Part shown: piece after piece, positions 53,494 through 64,000 of the stretch
Layout: the number at the start of each line of letters is the position of its first letter
How positions within the stretch are numbered: position 1 is the stretch's first letter
From: Octopus bimaculoides
Taxonomy: Eukaryota
Length of the DNA: 64,000 nt
Assembly (NCBI RefSeq): GCF_001194135.2
Contig: NC_068983.1
Span: 9,553,524 to 9,617,523 of the forward strand
Reading direction: 5' to 3'
Program-made: the position numbers and the translations under genes
Notes under the pieces: model-generated
What the model saw: the letters and a program-made list of their open reading frames with translations, nothing else
Told to the model about the DNA's origin: nothing
The model's database searches: none

Positions 53494-53657
53494 TGTGTGT
53501 GTATTTATATATATATGTATGTTTACATGTGTATGCATATTTGCACATACATACACACATGTATATATGTAAGTATTTTTATTTATATCATGTGCATATA
53601 CATATATGTATGTCTGTATGTATATATATATGTGTATATACATGTATATGTGTATGC

Positions 53658-53689
<32 letters not shown>

Positions 53690-54169
53690 ATGTATATATA
53701 CATATATATGTTTATGAGTGCAAGTATGTATACATCTATGTATACATGACATCAGTAGTCGTTGAAATATATTCCCGAGGAAGACACGTAATCTACAGTA
53801 AATGTAGTTGCCTGTAACACAGGAAATATCTTTCGATCTCGTTTCGGTTTAGACGATGAGTTTTTCAGTTGTTCTATCGGTTAAACTACTGCTTTATTTA
53901 AAGTAAAAAAAGTACTCAGGATTTTACAGATATTTGTAACTTCAATGTAATTCCACAGACATTTGTAGTATTAATGTAAACCTCATACATTATCATCTCA
54001 ACACTGTCTGTGACAAATTTAGGTCTCGAATGTCAGGTGCATCCGATTAACTTCTGCAGAATCCATCCACTCTACGACATTCACAAAGTTTGTTACGACT
54101 CCAGATTACGTTAAGAGGCAACTAAAGACACCTATCATACAGTAGGATTGAACACAAGCCTTTGTTATT

Positions 54170-54330
54170 GATTGTAAATTTGGCACAAAGCCAGCAATTC
54201 GGTGAGGGGGAGAGCAACTCCATTACATCGAGCCTTTGCGCTCAGCTGCTACTTATTTTATCGTTCCTGAAAGAAAGTATGAAAGGCAAAGTCAACATCG
54301 GTGGAATTTAAATGTAGAAAGTAACAAAAA
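54170..54330 (-). mobile_element. Decayed family C copy
   Basis: tacttattttatcg...tgaaaggcaaagtcaacatcggtggaattt. Confidence 0.7.
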
Positions 54331-54844
54331 AAAATCCCTTTACGGCAATGCTTGCAATCAGGTTCAGAACTTTCACTGATCCATCTAATTCTTGAGGATA
54401 AACTTAATCACATAATATCGTGGTCTTTTACGACAACTAAATATAATATGTAGACGCATCGTTGTTTAACCCATTACCTCCCATAATTCTATTAACAGGA
54501 ATTTTTTTTATGAAACTTTTATTTCTAGCATAAAACAGCCTTAGAAACACGCTTGAATGATCAAAATAACATTTTAAATAGAAATAAGCGAGATATTGGG
54601 TGAAAAATTAGCAAACCTCATTTGAATATCAGAGAAATATACCTAGTAGATATAGCAAAAAGGTTAGATATGTGTAAATATTGACAGAGAATTAAGAAAT
54701 CTGCAATTTTTAAGTGATTTCATATGAGATCACTGGTAGGTAATGGGTTAAGATCGTGTCACCTCTGATAGAGCATATCAGTTATCAAACGCATTCGAAC
54801 AGTGACCGGGATATGTACGACTTTGCGTGTACTATGGTAACAAA

Positions 54845-55030
54845 AAGGTAAAATCGTCAGCAAGTTAAAGAAAATTCTTAGCAGCATTTCTTCCGGCTTT
54901 TTACATTTTAAATTCAAATGCCGTCGTGGCAGACTTTGTCTTTCATTCTTCCGGGGTCGATAAAACAAGAACCAGTTGACCACAGTGAGGTCAAAATAAT
55001 TGAACTTCTCTCTCCTTTAAAATTGAACCA
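54845..55030 (+). mobile_element. Decayed family C copy
   Basis: ttcaaatgccg...gactttgtctttcattcttccggggtcgataaa. Confidence 0.7.
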
Positions 55031-55880
55031 AAACTATTACCTAAACTGCCTTGTCTTTTATAAGACAGCATTCTGCTGTTTGAATTAGATTTCAGTGATT
55101 CTTCTGTCAGGTCGAGCGACTATATTGATTGTCTGGTCTCGTTAGTAACTCCCAGGCACCTGGGTTTTCTCGAGAAGGCACCAGAGACAAAGTGACTTGT
55201 TTTTCAGCGAGAAATTTATTTCTCAGCTAATTATCGCTAAGGAAACTCAAATTAAGACCCATCCTTTTTGAATAATTGAAACATTTCTAAGCTATAAAGC
55301 ACCCAATTTAATTTCTTTACGGTTAAAAAAAAAATACAAAGCAATTAGTGAAATGGTTGTCGTCCAGATCAGATGGTGTTATCGAATGGTTTTATTGATG
55401 AATTTTTTTTTCTCTCATTTTGATCAATAAATTTGATTGTTAAGCTCTGTATAATAAATCTGGTCTTCGGTGTTTTTCTTGCTGTTCATCAATGATTCTT
55501 AGTTTCGTCTAAAAGGTGACGTCACTAGCTGGTATTGATTGATTGATTTTAAATTTTTTTCTTTATACATTCACACTCACATAGAGTCATACACAAACGC
55601 TCCTACCAAAAAAATATATCCATAGGCATATAAAAGAATGCATAGAAATCATGTAAGTAAAAAAAACAGTATTTTTACATACATACACGTCTTCTATTTT
55701 CTATCTATCACCCCCCCCTCTCTCTCTCTCTCTCTTCTCTAGAATTAAATTGTGTAAACACAAATGATTCTTGAGGGATAGCTTTTCTAATAATATAAAT
55801 AATGATGATGAACTTCGATATGGTTGAACAAGCAATCGCAACCAGTTGGGATTCACTGAACGTGTTGCATTATCATTGAA

Positions 55881-55965
55881 ATCACACGAACGGAGGCCTC
55901 GTGAGCTGCATTTTGTATTCAGCGATAATACAAAATGCAGCTCACGAGGCCTCCGTTCGTGTGAT
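55881..55965. repeat. Perfect 39-bp inverted repeat with a 7-nt loop
   Basis: 55881-55919 is the exact reverse complement of 55927-55965. Confidence 0.97.
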
Positions 55966-56034
55966 GATTTTTCGAGCAACTGTTTCCTCCTGGTACGCCA
56001 GTGAGTTACTAGGTAATTCATTCGCACCTGATTA

Positions 56035-56137
56035 GAGTAAAGGGACGTAAAATGAAGTGTTTGCTGAAGAACACAACGCACAACTGGCCTGGAAATCGAA
56101 TCCGCGACCTTGTGATCGACTAGGCTATGCACCTCCA
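56035..56137 (-). mobile_element. Decayed SINE head related to 16270-16399
   Basis: tgaagtgtttgctgaagaacacaacgca...aatcgaatcc...aggctatgcacctcca. Confidence 0.6.
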
Positions 56138-56349
56138 CAACTATATCACTACATACATACACATACACATTCACACACAAAGAAACAAATACTCAAAAAT
56201 ACATGCATATATATATATATATATACATATATGTATACGTATACATGTTTATATTCAAACATACATACATATACACATACATATGTATGTATAATGCACA
56301 CACACACACACACACACATGTATGTATGTATGTATGTATGTATGTATGT

Positions 56350-56414
<65 letters not shown>

Positions 56415-56514
56415 GGATGGATGGATGAATAGATGGATGGATGGATGGATGGAGAGAGATACACAGGTAGACAGACAATTAGATAGACGCACACGCTCAC
56501 ACACACATATGCAT

Positions 56515-56880
56515 AGGCACAGGCGTGGTTGTGTGGTAAGAAGCTTGCTTCCCAACCACATGGTTCTGGCTTCAGTCTCACTGCGTGGCACCTTGGGCGA
56601 GTGTCTTCTATATCCTCGGGCTGACCAAAGCCTTGTGAGTGAATTTGGTTGACGGAAACTGAAAAGAAAACCGTCTGTTTGTCCCCCCCCCCACACACAC
56701 ACCATCGCTGGACAACCGATATTGGTGTATTCATGTACACCGAAACCTAGCGTTTCGGCAAAAGTTATCGATAGAATAAGTACTAATCTTACTAAGAATA
56801 AGTCCTGGGGTCGATTTCTCCGACTAAAGGCGGTGCTCCAGCATGGCAGCAGTCAAATGACTGAAACGTGCAAAAGAGTA
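56515..56880 (+). mobile_element. SINE family A, full length, short internal repeat
   Basis: Head, central motif and complete tail. Confidence 0.92.
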
Positions 56881-58529
56881 ATATATGTAAGTATGCATGT
56901 ATGTATGTATGTATGTATGTATGTATGTATGTATGCATGTATGTATGTATGTATGTATGTATGTATCAGACCATTAAACGTCCTTAAATATTTTGATCTC
57001 AGCCTTATATATGATAGAATTCATATGTAAAGAATATTTATAAGCCGAAGACATCTACGATATACTCATCAATCAATTATATATATATTTTAATTAATAA
57101 TAGCATCCACTTCATTACATAGTGACATCTCAATGACTAGCCTTCATTCAACTAAATATTCTTCTATAAATGATATGTTTAAGAATAATAAATTCATGAA
57201 TTACGTTATTTAAAATGGTATTAGATGCTTTCACCTAAGTTTTTCACAGAATAATATTACAGTGTATAAAACTGATGTATGTATATATGTACGTATGTAT
57301 GTATGTATTGTATATGTTTGCATGTATAAGATTCAGTTGAATTAGGTACTTAAATGGAGGCTAGATCGGAATAATATACACACACACAATATTGATTGAA
57401 TATCANNNNNNNNNNNNNNNNNNNNNNNNNNNNNNNNNNNNNNNNNNNNNNNNNNNNNNNNNNNNNNNNNNNNNNNNNNNNNNNNNNNNNNNNNNNNNNN
57501 NNNNNNNNNNNNNNNNNNNNNNNNNNNNNNNNNNNNNNNNNNNNNNNNNNNNNNNNNNNNNNNNNNNNNNNNNNNNNNNNNNNNNNNNNNNNNNNNNNNN
57601 NNNNNNNNNNNNNNNNNNNNNNNNNNNNNNNNNNNNNNNNNNNNNNNNNNNNNNNNNNNNNNNNNNNNNNNNNNNNNNNNNNNNNNNNNNNNNNNNNNNN
57701 NNNNNNNNNNNNNNNNNNNNNNNNNNNNNNNNNNNNNNNNNNNNNNNNNNNNNNNNNNNNNNNNNNNNNNNNNNNNNNNNNNNNNNNNNNNNNNNNNNNN
57801 NNNNNNNNNNNNNNNNNNNNNNNNNNNNNNNNNNNNNNNNNNNNNNNNNNNNNNNNNNNNNNNNNNNNNNNNNNNNNNNNNNNNNNNNNNNNNNNNNNNN
57901 NNNNNNNNNNNNNNNNNNNNNNNNNNNNNNNNNNNNNNNNNNNNNNNNNNNNNNNNNNNNNNNNNNNNNNNNNNNNNNNNNNNNNNNNNNNNNNNNNNNN
58001 NNNNNNNNNNNNNNNNNNNNNNNNNNNNNNNNNNNNNNNNNNNNNNNNNNNNNNNNNNNNNNNNNNNNNNNNNNNNNNNNNNNNNNNNNNNNNNNNNNNN
58101 NNNNNNNNNNNNNNNNNNNNNNNNNNNNNNNNNNNNNNNNNNNNNNNNNNNNNNNTATATATATATATATATATATATATGCAACTACTTACATACAGAC
58201 ATGTGTATGTCCGTGTGTCTGTGTTTCTATATTTATTAATCATGCAGAACAATGTTCCATTATCAACGACTTATTTAACTTACGTCCGTTTCGAAGTATT
58301 GCTTCAGCAGGGAACGAACTATAGAGGAACGACCTTCTGGAGCAGGACATAGAGTAGTGGTTTGTACGATTTGTGGAGTATCGAAAAAAAAACCTGATTG
58401 ATGGAATTTGGAGATCCAAAGGAGTTAAAAGGATCTGAGTGGGTGTGGTATAAATGGGACTAACCAGTGTCAAAGAGCAGAACCGGTTGTAATACCGGTG
58501 GAAAAACACAGAGAGGGAACAGAGCATCT

Positions 58530-58757
58530 TATTTCTTTATTGCCCACAAGGAGCTACACATAGAGGGGACAAACAAGAACAGACAAAAGGATTAAGTCGA
58601 TTACATCGACCCCAGTGCGTAATTGGTACTTAATTTATCGACCCCGAAAGGATGAAAGGCAAAGTCGACCTCGGCGGAATTTGAACTCAGAACGTAACGG
58701 CGGACGAAATACCGCTAAGCATTTCGCTCGGCGTGCTAACGTTTCTGCCAGCTCGCC
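58530..58757 (-). mobile_element. SINE family C, full length (tail type 1)
   Basis: Near identity to 22036-22256; imperfect TSD gaacagagcatct / gaacaggacatct. Confidence 0.92.
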
Positions 58758-59726
58758 GAACAGGACATCTGTAGGTTTGAATCCATAGCGTGTCCGTGGC
58801 TGACTTTATACCAGTAAGTCGAATGACTGTTAGTGGATGCCATCTCCGTTGTTTCCGTAATGCTGTTATTCTTGTTCTATAGTACCGTGTCGTCTTAAGC
58901 TAGGCGCTGCTGCTACGCCTGGAGCCACGGCGCGTACCCGAGAGACTATACAAATCAACCGAGACGCAGCTTACTGGAGGCGGTCATAGATATCTTCGTG
59001 TTGTTGTCGTTGCACTTTATACAATAGTATGGAGTCTTCTCATATCAGGCGCTGCAGCTATCACCATACCATTTTATTTTTTTCAATTAATGTTTTTTTA
59101 TAGCTGCACCGCTAGTAGACGTTTTTCGTCCGGTACTAATATATTTCTTTCTTTTCTCTTTTGTTTTTGTTTTTTTTGTTTTTTTGTTGTTTTGGTTTTT
59201 TTTTTTTCGTCGTACGTCTATATTAAATGCTCTCTCGAGATTAATACCGCAGTTTAGAAGGCTTTCAACAGTATCATTGCGTCAGGTAAGATATATAGAA
59301 TGCTATCAAAACTGCATTCTTCCTTCTTTTCCTTTTGAGACAAATAGCTTATAGCTTGAGGGAAAATTGTTTACTATTTCAAGTATACAGGCGTAAGCGT
59401 TTTTCTTCATTTAGCTCGTCATGGCATCGGTTGTTTGGACAGAGGCTGGTTACTAAATTAATCAACAATAAATATCGAACTGTTATGGACATAGCTTAAC
59501 CTCGACTACGTAATAAGACTAACATTTATAGTATGTTTTAACTTTAAGACAATATCGATTACGCATTACGATTAACTGTTATTCCATTTCTCTTCTATGC
59601 CACAGAGAATTTGGTGTAAATTAGATTTTCAGTTTGGATCGTTCTTGGAGGAATTTACATTTTTCGAGGTTTCTAACATGATGAGTTGCTATTTTTATCG
59701 CTCTAGGCCTTTCCTGGGGTCTTATA

Positions 59727-59801
59727 ATGGCTTGGTTGGAGCCAACATGTCTCATAATAACCTTTTGTATATTTCTCTCTGTAACGGCTACACACGCGTA
59801 G
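59727..59801 (+). CDS. Candidate signal-peptide-like coding segment MAWLEPTCLIITFCIFLSVTATHA
   Basis: CTAAC branch motif at 59673, pyrimidine tract, TAG acceptor at 59704-59706, ATG in aNNATGg context, hydrophobic core; ends in TAG and has only weak donors. Confidence 0.22.
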   Translation: MAWLEPTCLIITFCIFLSVTATHA

Positions 59802-59984
59802 TTTTTCTCTTTCACTAACGTCAAGCTCTTTCTCTCGTTCTTTCTCCTTCACACACACCTCTCTCTCTCTTTCCCTCTTTCTCTTTCACACTCTTTCTTT
59901 CTGACAGGCTATATCATTATCTGTCTTTATCATGTGTGCACGCCAATAATCATTTACATACTTATACACATACATATACATAAG

Positions 59985-60051
<67 letters not shown>

Positions 60052-60102
60052 ATGTATATATCTATATCTCTCTCTCTATATATATATATAGATATATATG
60101 TA

Positions 60103-60148
<46 letters not shown>

Positions 60149-60619
60149 TACACACACACATACACATATAAGCTAGTAGCACACACAAGCATACATACAT
60201 GTATGTGTTTGCGCGCACGCATGCGTATCTATGCTAAATATTTTTCTTTCTCACTCATCCTCCTGGTTTCATATATACAGTATATAGAAATGTATGTACG
60301 AATGTATACGTATATGTATGTATGTATGTATGTTTGTATGTATGTGTGTATGTATGTTCTTTGTCTCTTCCAGTATTTCACTACATGTATGCACCTATGT
60401 GTGAGGGTACTTGTTTTACTCAATCACTCGTCCCATCCATTTTCTCCCTGTATGCGTTACGTGAGTGAGTGCGCATATGTGCGTATGTGTGTATGCGTTC
60501 CTGTGGACGTATATTTATACACACACATCCACACACGCATAATTATCTCTCCATCGGAATCTCTCAGCTCTCAATTTGCATCACTTTCTCGTTGTGTTTT
60601 GCTACCATCAATTTAAATA

Positions 60620-60678
60620 AACCTCTCCCGCTCTCCATCCCTCTCTCTCTCTCTCTCTCATCTACCTCACACACACAT

Positions 60679-60735
<57 letters not shown>

Positions 60736-61138
60736 ATGTCACATTGTCTTTTCTACTTATTTCTTCACATTGTCGCTCTCCTGCTTATTTCTTCTATCTA
60801 TCTTTCATTCATTCTCTCCCAGTAACTTCTCTCCCTTTCAGTAATTGTCTGTACTCCAGCCTCTCTCTATTTCTCTCTTCACCTTCTCTCTCTCTCTCTC
60901 TCTCTAGCTATTTATCTATTTATCTATCTAACCTTCCTTCTTCTCTCTCTCTTTCTCTCGCTCTCTCTCGCTCTCTCTCTTTCTCTCGCTCTCTCTCTTT
61001 CCCCGTCTGTATATCTACCTCTCTTTCATTCTGTCTCCGTGTAATTCTCTCATAATTTTCTTTATTTTTCTGCACTCAATTCTGTCACTATCTTTGCCTC
61101 CCTATCTTTCTCTCCCCCCCCCTCTCCGNNNNNNNNNN

Positions 61139-61191
<53 letters not shown>

Positions 61192-61358
61192 CTTCTTTCA
61201 TCTGTCTCTCTCCCCGTCTCTCTATCTACCCCCTTTCTCATTCTGTCTCTCCTTTTACATGTAATTCTCTCATAATTGTCTTTCTCTATACATCTGTATT
61301 CCAGCCTTTCACTATCTCTCTTTCCATCTCTCTCCCTCTATCTCTCTCTCTCCCTCTC

Positions 61359-61390
<32 letters not shown>

Positions 61391-61400
61391 NNNNNNNNNN

Positions 61401-61445
<45 letters not shown>
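60620..61445. repeat. Long CT-rich and (CT)n field with two small gaps
   Basis: Directly visible. Confidence 0.92.
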
Positions 61446-61448
<3 letters not shown>

Positions 61449-61967
61449 CACCTTCTCTTATCTCTCCTTCCTCTCCACACTCATATCTGAATTGACATTC
61501 TTCTCCTCACCAACCAACCAACCACCTATCCAGCCAACCACCCAATTAATGTTACTTAGACATCGTTCTAAAGACGACATTGCACCATTCACATTCTGTT
61601 CAACAGACGGCGAACCATTTCCATTATTCTATACTACTAGCCATTGACCAGGTCACTCTTTCAAATGACCTTTATAGGTTAGTCTTTCGCCAAAATTCTC
61701 TAAGATTTCACATCGAAATCTATTAGGAAATCTTTATTATTTTGATGTCTTTGATCGATATTCTATTATGTCTATAAAGGACCTTGTAACGATTTGCTTT
61801 ATTATCAGGATTTCTGAAATCATGCACAAACAAGTTCCAATAAAGTACATCGGAGATTTAAGCAATAATATTTCAAAACGTTGATCAAAATTGATTTATT
61901 TACATTAGTACAATATGGTACATACAGTAATTTATATTAAGAGAGTTGTAGATTGATTCTCTGTGTA

Positions 61968-62287
61968 ACTGTATGGTAAGGGGTTTTTATTTTCCAGCCA
62001 CATGGTCTCAGGTTCAGTCTCGTTGCGGTACATCTTAGGCAAATGTCATACGCTATAACCCCGGGCCGACCGAAGCCTTGAGATTTAAATAATGATATTT
62101 CAAAAAGTTGATCGAAATTGCTTCTCAGTTTAATTGTGTGGTAAGAAGTTTGCTTTCCAACCACATAGTCCCAGGTTCAGTCTCGCTGCGGTGCACTTTA
62201 GGCAAATGTCATGTACTATAGCCCGGGCCAACCGAAGCCTTGTGAATACATTTGGTAGATGGAAACTGTAAGAAAACCGTTGTATAT
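61968..62287 (+). mobile_element. Two family A 5' halves (61968-62082 and 62133-62287)
   Basis: Both have ggttcagtctcg..gcggt..ttaggcaaatgtcat..ccgaagccttg. Confidence 0.8.
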
Positions 62288-62733
62288 AACGTAACCTGCC
62301 ATCCTCAGGTAAAAATTCAAACATATAAATAGGTAACTTAGAAATCGAAAATGATTAGTTCTCCAACAAACGATGGAACGGATGTCATCATACAATGCAA
62401 ATGTTCATTTTACTGGATATACATCAGGTATTCCATGACATTTGTAGAGTTTGTATAAATAGATGAATAACGTAAAATAGATTGAACGTTATTCGTCAAT
62501 TAAAAATCACTCCAATCGTTTCCAGACATCGTTGTACCTGTACAGAGTGAAATGACAGAATGATCTAACTTAATTAAAATAATCACCTGAAGAAGCACAT
62601 CTTGCACTTTTGATGAATGATAGTGATTATACAATATGTTGATAATATCATTTCACAAATATAGGGTGTAACGATGTATCGAAACAATTGTAGTGATTTT
62701 TTAATAAAGAATATCGTTCAGTCCATTTCTTCT

Positions 62734-62773
<40 letters not shown>

Positions 62774-63450
62774 TTTCTCTCTCTCTCTCACTCTCTTTCT
62801 CTCTCTCTCTCTCTCTCNNNNNNNNNNNNNNNNNNNNNNNNNNNNNNNNNNNNNNNNNNNNNNNNNNNNNNNNNNNNNNNNNNNNNNNNNNNNNNNNNNN
62901 NNNNNNNNNNNNNNNNNNNNNNNNNNNNNNNNNNNNNNNNNNNNNNNNNNNNNNNNNNNNNNNNNNNNNNNNNNNNNNNNNNNNNNNNNNNNNNNNNNNN
63001 NNNNNNNNNNNNNNNNNNNNNNNNNNNNNNNNNNNNNNNNNNNNNNNNNNNNNNNNNNNNNNNNNNNNNNNNNNNNNNNNNNNNNNNNNNNNNNNNNNNN
63101 NNNNNNNNNNNNNNNNNNNNNNNNNNNNNNNNNNNNNNNNNNNNNNNNNNNNNNNNNNNNNNNNNNNNNNNNNNNNNNNNNNNNNNNNNNNNNNNNNNNN
63201 NNNNNNNNNNNNNNNNNNNNNNNNNNNNNNNNNNNNNNNNNNNNNNNNNNNNNNNNNNNNNNNNNNNNNNNNNNNNNNNNNNNNNNNNNNNNNNNNNNNN
63301 NNNNNNNNNNNNNNNNTGTGTGTGTGTGTGTGTTTGCGTGTGCGCGCGCATATATTCGTGCGTCTATCTGTGACGGCATGTTTACACGTTGATAGGCGGA
63401 TGCATGTGTGTAGACAAATTAGCATGAGAAAATACACGCGTATTAAATAT

Positions 63451-63665
63451 TCTTTTACTACTCTGGGCACAAGGCCCGAAATTTGGAGGGAAGGAGCCAA
63501 TCGATTAAATCTACCCCAGTACGCAACTGGTACTTAATCTATCGACCCTAAAAGGATGAAAGGCTAAGTCGACCTCGGTGGAATTTAAATTCAGAACGTA
63601 AAGACAGACGAAATACCACTAAGCATTTCGCCCGGCATGCTAAGGTTTCTGCCAGATCGCTGCCT
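63451..63665 (-). mobile_element. SINE family C, full length (tail type 2), about 11-bp TSD
   Basis: tattaaatatt at 63440-63450 and 63672-63682. Confidence 0.9.
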
Positions 63666-63810
63666 GTGGTATATTAAATATTAATGGAGAAATGTAAAGA
63701 GATAGGAACAACCAAATAGACCAACAGCGAAACAAACACACAGTGAGACAGGCAGGTCGGGAGACAAATTTCTAAACAAACAGACAGGCAGACAGACAGT
63801 TAGATAGATA

Positions 63811-64000
63811 TCTTTTTATTATAGCCACACAGGGCTAAATACAGAAAATGGACAAATTACAAAGTAGAGCTTTTCTTGTGGGGGGGGATAATTTCGATCA
63901 AAAGGGATCGCGGGAAGAAAAAAAAACAAAAAAAAAGTGGGTGGGGGGGCGATCAATAGGGATCGTGTATCACAGTCGATGTAAAAAAAGGGGAACAGAT
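63811..64000 (-). mobile_element. 3' end of a probable non-LTR retrotransposon, cut by the window edge
   Basis: Homologous to 31556-31712; ends on the minus strand in ...tttagccctgtgtggctataataaaaaga. Confidence 0.65.

Noticed and set aside
58265-58312. Minus-strand CUGCUGAAG...CUUCGAAAC
   Set aside because: No valid NUH site or stem I pairing.

Overview
AT-rich, microsatellite-saturated eukaryotic DNA with about 25 N-gaps, most of them flanked by (TA)n or (CT)n. The SINE families look like those I recall from Octopus, so an octopus short-read assembly is inferred; this was not database-checked. No host protein-coding gene can be named, and almost the whole supplied ORF track is translated microsatellite or gap. 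Supported content: (i) about 35 copies or fragments of four tRNA-headed SINE families (my labels A, B, C, E), several with target-site duplications (TSDs) and nested inside each other; (ii) decayed transposase relics, a mariner at 31.0-31.55 kb and a Tc1/mariner at 50.0-50.6 kb; (iii) a decayed Penelope-like (PLE) reverse transcriptase at 41.6-42.1 kb; (iv) many simple repeats. The most interesting theme is a set of PLE-type minimal hammerhead ribozyme folds in non-autonomous elements: a 152-bp tandem repeat with one hammerhead-like fold per unit (6.1-6.36 kb, retrozyme-like) and a tRNA-headed SINE with a hammerhead tail and an inverted terminal duplication (0.94-1.28 kb). Both have substitutions at key positions and may be inactive copies. 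Also notable are a perfect 39-bp hairpin at 55.9 kb and weak candidate exon or promoter signals at 7.2, 50.7 and 59.7 kb.
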